In this document: positions 37,501 through 51,620 of the stretch, one piece after another
Layout: each line of letters starts with the position of its first letter
How positions within the stretch are numbered: the stretch's first letter is position 1
Origin: Candidatus Omnitrophota bacterium
Lineage (GTDB): Bacteria > Omnitrophota > Gorgyraeia > JABMRN01 > RBG-13-46-9
DNA length: 64,000 nucleotides
Assembly (NCBI GenBank): GCA_043817155.1
Contig: JBDRHE010000008.1
Span: 1,554 to 65,553, forward strand
Direction of reading: 5' to 3'
Notes under the pieces: model-generated
The model's database searches: none
What the model saw: only the letters and a program-made list of their open reading frames with translations
What the model was told of the DNA's origin: nothing
Position numbers and translations under genes: made by a program

Positions 37501-39084
37501 TATACAACGCCCGGCGTAACACTTATATCGCCTCCGCCGCACCACGATATCTATTCGATCGAGGATCTTGCGCAGCTGATATTCGATCTAAAGAACGTGA
37601 ATCCGCGCGCCAGGATAAGTGTGAAACTGGTTTCTGAGATCGGGGTCGGCACTATTGCCGCAGGTGTGGCAAAAGGCCATGCCGACATGATACTTATTTC
37701 AGGTGGAGACGGGGGAACAGGGGCGTCTCCGCTCAGTTCAATAAAGCATGCGGGGGTGCCCTGGGAGCTCGGTCTCTCGGAGACTCACCAGACGCTCGTT
37801 TTGAATGATTTAAGAAGCAGGGTGCGGATCCAGACGGATGGCCAGATGCGAACAGGCAGGGATGTCGCCATCGCTGCTCTACTCGGCGCTGAAGAGTACG
37901 GTTTCTGTACCGCAGCGCTCATAGTTTCCGGATGTGTTATGCTCAGGCACTGCCATCTAAATAACTGTTCTCTTGGCATAGCGACGCAGGACGATATCCT
38001 GGAGAGGAGATTTCGCGGGAATCCTGACTACGTTGTAAACTTCTTCCGCTTTATAGCGCAGGATCTCAGGGAGATAATGGCGAGTCTTGGTTTAAGAGAT
38101 CTTGACTCCATGATAGGTAGAACGGATTTTCTGCAAGTCGACAGATCAATTATACCTGTCAGATCGAAAGGTATAGACTATTCGAAGATACTTTATAAAC
38201 CCGATGTGCCGAACTCATTCGGCACGCGCTATTTAGTTAGCCAGGATCATTCCATTGAGAAGATCCTGGATAGAAGGCTTATAGAGCTTTCGAAGGACGC
38301 GCTTCTTAAAGGCATTCCAGTAAAGATAGAGCTCGATATCAATAATACGAATAGAACTACAGGAGCTATGCTGAGCGGGGAGGTTTGCAGGCTTCACGGC
38401 GAAAGAGCGCTGGCTGAGGATACTATCCATTGCAAATTTACCGGTGTTGCCGGACAGAGTTTCGGTGCGTGGCTAGCCAGCGGAATAACTTTTGAGCTGG
38501 AAGGCATGGCCAACGATTATATCGGCAAAGGGATCTCCGGAGGAAAGATCATTGTTTATCCGGGTAAAACATCTACCTATAAACCTGAAGAGAACGCGAT
38601 AATAGGTAATACAACTTTTTATGGCGCTATAAGCGGAGAGGCGTATATAAGAGGCTTTGCCGGGGAGAGATTCTGTATAAGGAATTCCGGACTTAGCGCT
38701 GTTGTGGAAGGCGTCGGGGATCACGGCTGCGAATATATGACAGGCGGAAGGGTCGTAGTCTTAGGAAGAACGGGCAGGAACTTTGCTGCCGGCATGTCAG
38801 GCGGTATTGCGTACGTATATGACGCAGACTCGAATTTTAAATCCAGATGCAATACCGACATGATCGTTCTGGAGAAACTTTCTAAGGACGACATAGAGAC
38901 GGTATGCAATCTGCTTCGTAATCACTACAAATATACAGAAAGCCGGTATGCAAAGGAGATCTTGGATAACATGGATATGTATCTGAAGAAATTTATTAAA
39001 GTCATGCCCATAGAATATAAACGCATCCTTGAAGGGGCGAAGGTTGATGAGAAGCTGGGTGCGGGAGAATATACTGAAGGATGA
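34552..39084 (+). CDS. gltB: Glutamate synthase large subunit
   Basis: 1510 aa. The N-terminal amidotransferase Cys (CGVGFV), the FMN domain and the C-terminal GXXG-rich beta-helix. Confidence 0.9.
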   Translation: MIHSHLPKKQGLYDPRFEKDSCGVGFVCDIKGIKTNNIVKQGLKVLERLAHRGAVGADPKTGDGAGILIQIPHEFFSHACKEQSITLGPSGSYGTGLVFLPQDEKQRQICKDVFSKVVKDEGQKLLGWRTVPVDSSTVGKVARNTQPAIEQIFISKSDHIKSELDFERRLYIIRKRTENTLRDAKLKQGSFFYITNISCRTFSYKGLLMPHQLGEFFLDLKDERIKSSLCLVHSRYSTNTFPTWDLSQPFRFLAHNGEINTLHGNINWMRAREGLLKSRLFGKDIEKLKPVIVPGGSDSATIDNVFELLVLSGRSLEHAMTMLVPSAWGKYTLIDDNLKSFFRYHACFMEPWDGPAAIAFTDGTRIGAVLDRNGLRPARYIITKDGLVALASEVGVLDIKPEDIRTSGRLEPGKMLFIDTERGRVVDDKEIKESIATHAPYGKWNKKYMVELDKLSAPRIKKKKEMLGILAAQKAFGYTREDINVILKPMAVSGKEPIGSMGNDTPLAVLSKRPNLLYNYFKQLFAQVTNPAIDSIREDFVMSIRSFIGTQRNMLDETEEHCIKLDVKEPVLSDDDVAKIRSLKRKGFRAKTISMLYDVSGKRAFLKALDRICRDAETAVKKGFSFIILSDKGVNRKQAALPALLATGCLHHHLVRMAVRTQVGIIIESAEPREVFHFALLFGYGADCINPYLAYSTLGQLIKEKDLKLPLKAAVKNYRKAVRGGILKIMSKMGISTIRSYKGAQIFEALGLSEEVIERCFAGTNSRIDGIGFNIIAEETSARHLEAFADKEGGAEFLATGGLYQWKRDGEYHLWNPESIACLQDATRKNDYNAYKRFANMINDQSSNPTTLRSLLRFRKAEPIAINEVESVEYIVKRFATGAMSFGSISGSMHETLAIAMNRLGAKSNTGEGGEDPARFQPLPNGDSARSAIKQVASGRFGVTTNYLINADELQIKIAQGAKPGEGGQLPGHKVSAIIAKTRYTTPGVTLISPPPHHDIYSIEDLAQLIFDLKNVNPRARISVKLVSEIGVGTIAAGVAKGHADMILISGGDGGTGASPLSSIKHAGVPWELGLSETHQTLVLNDLRSRVRIQTDGQMRTGRDVAIAALLGAEEYGFCTAALIVSGCVMLRHCHLNNCSLGIATQDDILERRFRGNPDYVVNFFRFIAQDLREIMASLGLRDLDSMIGRTDFLQVDRSIIPVRSKGIDYSKILYKPDVPNSFGTRYLVSQDHSIEKILDRRLIELSKDALLKGIPVKIELDINNTNRTTGAMLSGEVCRLHGERALAEDTIHCKFTGVAGQSFGAWLASGITFELEGMANDYIGKGISGGKIIVYPGKTSTYKPEENAIIGNTTFYGAISGEAYIRGFAGERFCIRNSGLSAVVEGVGDHGCEYMTGGRVVVLGRTGRNFAAGMSGGIAYVYDADSNFKSRCNTDMIVLEKLSKDDIETVCNLLRNHYKYTESRYAKEILDNMDMYLKKFIKVMPIEYKRILEGAKVDEKLGAGEYTEG

Positions 39085-39484
39085 CACGTAAATCGAATCC
39101 GGCATATGCCCGTCTTCGTCCGCCGCCTACGGCGGCGCGGCTACGACGCGGCAAACTTCGCCTATAGCGGCCTACCGGGACGTAGCTCTGAAGGATTTAC
39201 TTTTAGTCGGCATTCTTCAGAGCGAAGTCTGGTGTGGGGGAGTATACGGAAGGCTAACTCGAATAGTACGTTACGATGGATGACGGACGAAGGACGACGG
39301 ACGATAGCGATTCCACTCCCGGCCTGGAATAAAGAGGTTTACCTAGACAGGCCGGGAGTGGAATCTGCTCAACTTACGACGGATGACGGATGATGGATGA
39401 TGGACGAAAGACGATTCGCCTTGTCTTTGCGAGGTACCGTAGAGATGAGCTAGCATTGTTTCCCTGGCTGCTTGGAGTTAAGAG

Positions 39485-40963
39485 ATGAAAGACGTTAAAG
39501 CTTTCTTAAAGATTAAGAGAGAAGTTTCGCCATACAGGCCGGCCTGCGAGCGGATAGAGGATTATAAAGAGGTCATTGTCAGGCGCAGCGACAAGAAATC
39601 ACAGGAACAGGCCCATCGTTGCATGGATTGCGGTGTACCATTTTGTCACTGGGGATGCCAGGTTGCAAATATCATCCCGGAGTGGAATACACTAATGTTC
39701 CTGGGGCAGTGGAAGAAGGCGTTTGAGCTTCTGGATACTACAAATGATCTTCCCGAGATAACCGGAAGGGTCTGTCCGGCCAGGTGTGAATATGCATGCG
39801 TTTTAGGAATTAACGATGACGCGGTTACAATACGCGACAATGAACTCGCCATCATAGAACACGCTTTCAAGAAAGGTTTTATAAAACCGAGATCTCCAAA
39901 GAGGAGAACCGGTAAGAGTGTAGCGGTTGTCGGATCCGGACCTGCGGGACTATCATGCGCGGCTACGCTTAACAGATCAGGGCATAATGTGGTTGTCTTC
40001 GAAAAGCATGACGCTCTCGGAGGCATAATGCGATATGGAATACCGGATTTCAAGCTTGAAAAATGGATTATAGAAAGGCGCATTGCGCTTTGGAAGAAAG
40101 AAGGCATTAAGTTTAAAACAGGAGTAAACGTCGGTATCGATTATAAGCCATCAGAGATTAAGAAAGATTTTGACGCGATCTGTCTTGCCGTGGGATCAAG
40201 AAAGCCAAGGGATCTTAAAATAGAAGGAAGAGATCTCAAAGGCATACATTTTGCAATGGATTATCTTATACAGGCAAATAAACGCGTTTCGGGAGACAGG
40301 ATACCGAAGGATATGCTAATTGATGCTAAAGATAAGAAGGTAGTGGTTATAGGCGGCGGCGATACAGGCGCAGATTGCGTAGGGGTAGCACACAGACAGA
40401 AAGCATCGTGCATTATTCAGATAGAGGTACTGCCTAAACCACCTGAATGTAGAACCGACGACTACCCATGGCCAGAGCATCCGTTACTACTTAAGTCATC
40501 ATCGAGCCATGAAGAAGGGGCAGAGAGGCATTGGCAGGTACTGACCAAGGGGCTTATAGGAGAAAGCGGCAAGGTGAAGAAACTTGTATGCGTAAATGTC
40601 GAGTTTACCAAAAACGGCAAAGATGCTTGTCCTGTAATGAAGGAGATCCCGGGAAGCGAATTCGAGATAGAGGCGGATCTTGTTATTCTCGCAATAGGAT
40701 TTTTGCACCCGGAGCATATCGGCCTGCTTGACAAACTTGGGCTGGCTTATGACAGTAGGGGCAATGTTAAGACGGGTGATTATCACATGTCCTCCAAAAA
40801 GGGGATATTCGCCGCAGGCGATATGCGCAGGGGCCAGTCTCTAATTGTCTGGGCTATCCAGGAAGGGCGCTCCGCCGCCTCTTCGATCGATGAATATCTG
40901 ACAAGGCCTCCTAATACCGCTCACCCAACCTATCGTCCACAAGACCGCACTAGTAGAAAGTAG
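39485..40963 (+). CDS. gltD: Glutamate synthase small (NADPH) subunit
   Basis: N-terminal Fe-S Cys clusters. Two dinucleotide-binding motifs (VAVVGSGPAGLSCA, VVVIGGGDTGADC). Confidence 0.85.
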   Translation: MKDVKAFLKIKREVSPYRPACERIEDYKEVIVRRSDKKSQEQAHRCMDCGVPFCHWGCQVANIIPEWNTLMFLGQWKKAFELLDTTNDLPEITGRVCPARCEYACVLGINDDAVTIRDNELAIIEHAFKKGFIKPRSPKRRTGKSVAVVGSGPAGLSCAATLNRSGHNVVVFEKHDALGGIMRYGIPDFKLEKWIIERRIALWKKEGIKFKTGVNVGIDYKPSEIKKDFDAICLAVGSRKPRDLKIEGRDLKGIHFAMDYLIQANKRVSGDRIPKDMLIDAKDKKVVVIGGGDTGADCVGVAHRQKASCIIQIEVLPKPPECRTDDYPWPEHPLLLKSSSSHEEGAERHWQVLTKGLIGESGKVKKLVCVNVEFTKNGKDACPVMKEIPGSEFEIEADLVILAIGFLHPEHIGLLDKLGLAYDSRGNVKTGDYHMSSKKGIFAAGDMRRGQSLIVWAIQEGRSAASSIDEYLTRPPNTAHPTYRPQDRTSRK

Positions 40964-41825
40964 AATAACAGAATTCCTTCCCCAGAAAATGTTTACTCGA
41001 GAATACCTTACCATGTTAAAGACAAGGGGGGCGTTCTTCAGGCTCTGCATAAAATATTATGCCAAGATTCTCTCTTCTTGCCTCTTTATAAGGTGATCGT
41101 CGGTTTAAAGGAAATGCCGTAAGCCAAGATATACGCATACTTGGAATACCGACTCTCACCTTGTAAAGAGACAAAGAGAGAATATTCGCCTGAATGAATG
41201 CTCCCCTTGTCTTTCATACAACTTAAAATGGGGTCACTTTGAATTCTCTTCTTCTTTGTAGTCCAGAAGACCTTGCCAGAGCTGCAGGTCATTCTATTGA
41301 TGTCCCGTTACATAAATCCCCAGCTACAGATGCCGTAATGGAGGCGAATTTAAAATTTCTCCCATTCATGCCTTTCGAGCGTGGTTTTAGGGCTTACGGT
41401 GAGCAAATTACGCATGTCTTGGCTTACGACAGAAGATTTGCGAGCCGTAAGTTCAAAACCACGGGAGAAATTTTATGAGCCGGAATTATGGCATTTGTAG
41501 CAGGTATACGGATGTGTAATGAAACCCTTCAAATATGATAATGGCTATTGGAAAAGACTTGACTAAGCGAGGCAAATATAAGATAATACCACTCGGGCGA
41601 TAAAGAGTGAAAAGCGAGACAAAACAAAGGCGTTTTATCCGAATATGGGTGAAACGTCTCTTTTTATTATAGGGACTGTCCCTATCTCATATACGAACAC
41701 TGAAATTACAGACTTTCGTAAGTAGCAAGTAGGGAGTAGCAAGTAGCGAGAAAGATTCTCTCTACTCTCTACTTGCTACTCGCTACTTAGCAAGGGATTG
41801 TCCCTATCTCACATTAACTGATAAT

Positions 41826-42917
41826 ATGAAGCAAAAAGAAGCACTGCTTGTACTTGAAGACGGGAGGATCTTTAGGGGCTTTTCATTCGGAGCTACCGGG
41901 GAGACTTTCGGAGAAGTAGTCTTTAATACCAGTATGTCAGGCTACCAGGAGATCCTCACAGACCCCTCCTATAGGGGTCAGATAGTCACCATGACCTACC
42001 CTCTTATCGGTAATTACGGTGTCAATTCAGAGGATGTTGAGTCGCGAAGACCATTCGTAGAGGGTTTCGTTGTAAAGGAGAATAGCCCGGTAGCGAGCAA
42101 TTGGCGCAAGGAAGAAGATCTCGATACATATCTTAAGAAGAACAACATTCTCGCGATAGAGGGCGTGGACACCAGGGCCCTGACCAGGCATATCAGGCTC
42201 GAGGGCGCGATGAAAGCTGTGATATCGACGGTAGATCTAAACCCGAAAAGTCTGGCTAAAAAGGCCAAAGCATCCCCTGGTTTAATGGGGAAGGATCTGG
42301 TCAAGGATGTGACATTCAGCACTCTAAGGGAGTGGAGCAGTAAAGGTAAGCATAGAGTCGTAGTTATAGATTGCGGCGTAAAATATAATATATTACGCGA
42401 ATTAACACACCTAAAATGCGCTGTAACAGTAGTCCCCGCCAACACGGGAGCAGAAAGCATCCTGGCACTGAAACCGGACGGCGTATTGATTTCTAACGGA
42501 CCGGGAGATCCCGCAGGCGTTCCTTACGTAGTCGATACTGTAAGGATGCTTCTCGGGAAGGTGCCTATATTCGGTATCTGCCTGGGGCATCAGATGCTGG
42601 GGCTCGCACTTGGCGGGAAGACCTACAAACTTAAGTTCGGACATCACGGGGGAAACCAGCCTGTCAAAGATCTAAAAACGGGAAAGGTTGCAATTACGGC
42701 CCAGAACCACGGGTTCTGCGTAGATATAAGGTCCCTTAAGAAGAAGGACATAGAGATCACACATAAGAATCTTAATGACGATACTCTGGAAGGTATGCGC
42801 CATAAGAAGCAACCGGCGTTCTCGGTACAATTCCACCCCGAACACTCGCCCGGACCCCATGACGCGGTGTATCTGTTCGGAGAATTCATAGATATGATGA
42901 AGAAAAACCAAAAATGA
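41826..42917 (+). CDS. carA: Carbamoyl-phosphate synthase small subunit
   Basis: CPSase small-chain N-domain plus the class-I glutamine amidotransferase catalytic Cys (GICLGHQ) and the H..E pair. Confidence 0.9.
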   Translation: MKQKEALLVLEDGRIFRGFSFGATGETFGEVVFNTSMSGYQEILTDPSYRGQIVTMTYPLIGNYGVNSEDVESRRPFVEGFVVKENSPVASNWRKEEDLDTYLKKNNILAIEGVDTRALTRHIRLEGAMKAVISTVDLNPKSLAKKAKASPGLMGKDLVKDVTFSTLREWSSKGKHRVVVIDCGVKYNILRELTHLKCAVTVVPANTGAESILALKPDGVLISNGPGDPAGVPYVVDTVRMLLGKVPIFGICLGHQMLGLALGGKTYKLKFGHHGGNQPVKDLKTGKVAITAQNHGFCVDIRSLKKKDIEITHKNLNDDTLEGMRHKKQPAFSVQFHPEHSPGPHDAVYLFGEFIDMMKKNQK

Positions 42918-43126
42918 AAAACCAAATACCAAAAACACAAACCAAAAATAGAAAAATATTTGCAAACTTAATTATTCAAATTTGCAATTAAAGTTTTTTC
43001 GTTTTTAATATGTGTTTTTGATTTTTAGTTTTTCCCGCCGTGCTTGCGCATTGCGGGATCCCGCCATACCTGCCTGCCGGCAGGCAGGCGTAAGTAACGG
43101 CGGGATAATCTTTAATTTTTTATAAG

Positions 43127-47954
<4,828 letters not shown>

Positions 47955-48200
47955 CTCCCGTTACCATATCCATTGAATATATACTCCAGGATGAAGGGCA
48001 AATTCCGTCCCGGGCTTGATTTAAGAGGTTGTCCTGTAAGCAGCAGAAGCTTGATAAGCTTCTGCTGATAGAAAGCCCGGGACGGAATTATATGTATGTA
48101 GGATGTCGGCATTCAAGCCCCGGGCTTCTAAGCCCGGGGCTTGAATGGTATTTATACATGATCGCGTCATAGGGATGGCCCCATTTTTAGACCTTATCCG

Positions 48201-48229
48201 TTGAAAATATAGCCCTGGTATGTTATAAT
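48201..48229 (+). promoter_or_regulatory. Sigma70-like promoter for the second carB
   Basis: TTGAAA, a 17-bp spacer and TATAAT (48224-48229). RBS ACGGAGG before the ATG at 48285. Confidence 0.55.
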
Positions 48230-48284
48230 GTCGAAAATCTCAAGGGTGGGATTTAATCAAGCAGAGAAAAGTTACGGAGGTAGC

Positions 48285-51200
48285 ATGCCAAAGAGGACGG
48301 ATATCCACAAGGTTCTTATCATCGGTTCGGGACCAATCATTATAGGGCAAGCCTGTGAGTTCGATTATTCCGGCACACAAGCATGTAAAGCATTAAAGGA
48401 AGAAGGTTACGAGGTCGTTCTTGTGAACTCAAACCCCGCTACAATAATGACCGATCCGGGTATGGCTCACAAGACTTATATTGAGCCGCTTACATTAGAG
48501 AGCGTTGAGAAGATCATTGAAAAGGAGAGACCGGATGCCCTCCTTCCTAATCTGGGAGGTCAGACAGGCCTTAATCTCTCTTCCGGTCTTCATAAGGCCG
48601 GTATTCTGAAGAAATATAATGTTGAGATCATAGGCGTTAAAGCAGATGCTATTGAGCGCGGTGAAGACAGGACCGCGTTTAAAAATACAATGAAGAAGCT
48701 CGGTATAGAGATGCCGAGATCGAAGGCATGCAATTCTGTCGAAGAGGCCGAAAAGATAATAGAAGAGATCGGCTACCCCGCGGTTCTGAGACCCGCATAT
48801 ACTATGGGAGGAACGGGTGGGGGAATAGCGTACAATATAGACGAGCTAAGAACGATCGTATCGAGAGGTCTCAATTGCAGTATTGCGCACCAGGTTCTTG
48901 TTGAAGAATCCGTAATAGGCTGGGAAGAGCTTGAGCTCGAGGTTGTAAGGGACCAGAAGAATAAGAAGATAACAGTCTGCTTTATAGAGAATATCGATGC
49001 TATGGGTGTTCACACCGGGGACAGCTTCTGTTCAGCGCCCATGCTGACCGTTCCAAAGCCGCTCCAAAAGAAGATGCAGGACCTCTCTTACAAGATCGTT
49101 GACGCGATAGGTGTTGTGGGAGGCACAAATATCCAATTTGCCCACAATCCCAAGGATGGAAGACTCGTTGTGATAGAGATCAATCCTAGAACATCCCGGT
49201 CTTCTGCGCTCGCATCCAAGGCAACGGGCTTTCCGATAGCCCGCATCTCGACTAAGCTTGCCGCAGGCATTAACATGGATGAGATACCTTACTGGCGTAA
49301 GGGGACATTGGATAAGTATGAACCCTGGGGAGAGTATGTAGTAATTAAATTCGCGCGCTGGGCATTTGAGAAATTCCCGCGCGCTACGGATGTGCTGGGA
49401 ACGCAGATGAAGGCCGTGGGTGAAGTAATGAGCATCGCCAAGACATTTAAGGAGGCGTTCCAGAAGTCTATCCGTTCCCTTGAAATCAAGAGATATGGTC
49501 TTGGAGGAGCCAAGAACTTCAAAGAGCTTTCCCTGGGCGGGTTAAAAGAGAAATTGGCAAATCCGTCAAGCGAACGCGTCTTTCTTATGTACGAAGCGCT
49601 GCGTAAGGGCATGGAGATAGAAGAGCTTCATAAGTTAACCCATATCGGACGGTGGTTTATAAATGAGATGAAGGAGCTTGTCTATTTTGAAGAGGAGATC
49701 CTTAAATCTTCATGGAAAGATCTCCCGGATGAAAAACTTGCTAAAGCAAAGGAATGGGGATTCTCCGATAAATATCTGTCCGGTTTATTTGACATAAAAG
49801 AGAAAGAGGTAAGGGAGAGGAGGCTTTCGATAGGAAAGAAGGCAGCCTACGAACCGGTTCCCGTAAGCGGCGTGGAGAACGCGGCTTATTACTATTCCAC
49901 CTACAACAATGCCGAAGATAAGGTTCCGGTTTCACCCAACAAGAAGATACTGATACTTGGGGGCGGGCCAAACAGGATAGGGCAGGGTATCGAATTTGAC
50001 TATACCTGTGTTCACGCCGCGTTTGCCTTGCGTGAAGAAGGGTATGAATCTGTCATGATAAACTGCAATCCCGAGACCGTATCTACTGATTACGATACTT
50101 CAAATAAGCTATACTTTGAGCCTCTTACAGTAGAAGATGTGCTTGCTGTATACGAGAAGGAGAAGCCGGATGGCGCTATTGTCCAGTTCGGAGGGCAGAC
50201 CCCGCTCAATTTAGCGCAGGAACTTAAGGATAATGGAGTTAAGATTATCGGGACAACCCCGGAGAGTATCAGACTAGCCGAAGACAGGGAGCGTTTCAGG
50301 GAGAAGATGATAGCGCTTGGCATACCGCAACCGGAAAGCGGTACAGCCAGGTCGCTTGAAGAGGCGCTCAAGATCGCTGAAAGGATCGGTTATCCTCTTA
50401 TGGTGCGGCCTTCCTTTGTTCTCGGCGGACGCGGAATGCAGGTTGTCTATGATGACCAGATGCTGCGAAAATACACCCAAGAAGCGATCGAGATAACACC
50501 CGAATACCCGATGCTGATCGATAAATTCCTTGAACAGGCGGTCGAGACAGAGGTCGATGCGTTATCAGACGGTAAAGAGACTTTCGTTGCCGCTATAATG
50601 GAACACATTGAACTTGCCGGTGTACATTCAGGGGACAGCGCGTGCGCAATACCTACAAGAACAATTAAGGAAAAGCATCTAAAGACAATAAGGAGATATA
50701 CAGAAGACATTGCAAGAGAATTTAAAGTAGTCGGGCTCATGAACATACAGTTTGCTATATGTGATGACAAAGTATATATCCTGGAGGCCAATCCAAGGGC
50801 GTCGCGTACGGTTCCACTTATCTCGAAGATCGTTTGCATCCCGCTTGCGCGGATAGCGACACAGGTGATAATGGGCAGACCTCTCTCCGATTTCCCGGAA
50901 CTTAAGACGCATAAGTTGCCATATGTGGGCGTTAAAGAGGCGGTCTTTCCGTTCAATATGTTTCCGGAGGTCGATCCGCTTCTGGGTCCTGAAATGAAGG
51001 CAACAGGAGAGGTCATGGGGATCGGGAAGACTTTTGGCATGGCCTTTTACAAGGCGGAAGAGGCAGCAGGTACAAAGCTTCCCCTGGAAGGGAATGTCTT
51101 GCTTACCGTCGCCGACAAGGACAAGAAATTTTTACTTCCGATCGCCAAACGCCTGAAGAAGCTTAACTTCAATATAATTGCAACAGAGGGTACGAACCGT

Positions 51201-51533
51201 TTTTTAAAGGAGAATGGCATAGAGAGCAGAGCGGTAAAGAAACTACACGAGGGAAGGCCGAACATCCACGATGCGATAAGCAACAAAGAGATAAACCTGA
51301 TAATAAACACGCCCTTAGGGCGCAGCTCAAAGTATGATGACAGCCACATCCGCATAAAAGCGATACAGCATAATATTCCTTATATCACTTCGATGACAGC
51401 GGCTGAAGCCAGCGTCGAAGGTATTGAATCTGTGACCAAAGCCAAAGGAGGCCCCAGGTCTTTGCAGGATTATTATAAGGATCTAAAGACCGATAAAGCG
51501 CCTGAAAAGACGCCCGTTGCCAGCAAGGCTTAG
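48285..51533 (+). CDS. carB: Carbamoyl-phosphate synthase large subunit (copy 2, full-length paralog)
   Basis: Starts [30 protein letters not shown], which is about 75% identical to copy 1 over the N-terminus. The ORF track's upstream extension to 48228 lacks an RBS. Confidence 0.85.
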   Translation: MPKRTDIHKVLIIGSGPIIIGQACEFDYSGTQACKALKEEGYEVVLVNSNPATIMTDPGMAHKTYIEPLTLESVEKIIEKERPDALLPNLGGQTGLNLSSGLHKAGILKKYNVEIIGVKADAIERGEDRTAFKNTMKKLGIEMPRSKACNSVEEAEKIIEEIGYPAVLRPAYTMGGTGGGIAYNIDELRTIVSRGLNCSIAHQVLVEESVIGWEELELEVVRDQKNKKITVCFIENIDAMGVHTGDSFCSAPMLTVPKPLQKKMQDLSYKIVDAIGVVGGTNIQFAHNPKDGRLVVIEINPRTSRSSALASKATGFPIARISTKLAAGINMDEIPYWRKGTLDKYEPWGEYVVIKFARWAFEKFPRATDVLGTQMKAVGEVMSIAKTFKEAFQKSIRSLEIKRYGLGGAKNFKELSLGGLKEKLANPSSERVFLMYEALRKGMEIEELHKLTHIGRWFINEMKELVYFEEEILKSSWKDLPDEKLAKAKEWGFSDKYLSGLFDIKEKEVRERRLSIGKKAAYEPVPVSGVENAAYYYSTYNNAEDKVPVSPNKKILILGGGPNRIGQGIEFDYTCVHAAFALREEGYESVMINCNPETVSTDYDTSNKLYFEPLTVEDVLAVYEKEKPDGAIVQFGGQTPLNLAQELKDNGVKIIGTTPESIRLAEDRERFREKMIALGIPQPESGTARSLEEALKIAERIGYPLMVRPSFVLGGRGMQVVYDDQMLRKYTQEAIEITPEYPMLIDKFLEQAVETEVDALSDGKETFVAAIMEHIELAGVHSGDSACAIPTRTIKEKHLKTIRRYTEDIAREFKVVGLMNIQFAICDDKVYILEANPRASRTVPLISKIVCIPLARIATQVIMGRPLSDFPELKTHKLPYVGVKEAVFPFNMFPEVDPLLGPEMKATGEVMGIGKTFGMAFYKAEEAAGTKLPLEGNVLLTVADKDKKFLLPIAKRLKKLNFNIIATEGTNRFLKENGIESRAVKKLHEGRPNIHDAISNKEINLIINTPLGRSSKYDDSHIRIKAIQHNIPYITSMTAAEASVEGIESVTKAKGGPRSLQDYYKDLKTDKAPEKTPVASKA

Positions 51534-51542
51534 AGAGGCTTA

Positions 51543-51580
51543 ATCCGCCCGCAGGATTCCCCGGACTTTAGTCCGGGGGG
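51543..51580. repeat. 35-bp hairpin repeat CCGCCCGCAGGATTCCCCGGACTTTAGTCCGGGGGG. Its inverse copy is at 61898-61932
   Basis: The two near-identical copies are in opposite orientation and 10.3 kb apart. Confidence 0.8.
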
Positions 51581-51620
51581 CTCCACTTATGTTAGAGACG
51601 TTCGAAAAGAGGGAAGAGAG

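Noticed and set aside
39106-39393. 95-aa ORF MPVFVRRLRRRGYDAANFAY...
   Set aside because: It lies entirely within the repeat-rich gltB-gltD intergenic region (GACGA tracts, long hairpin). It has a low-complexity Arg-rich translation and no RBS. It is most likely spurious.
41239-41478. 79-aa ORF and the 68-aa minus ORF in the gltD-carA gap
   Set aside because: No RBS and no recognisable motifs. The region is better described as non-coding with palindromes.
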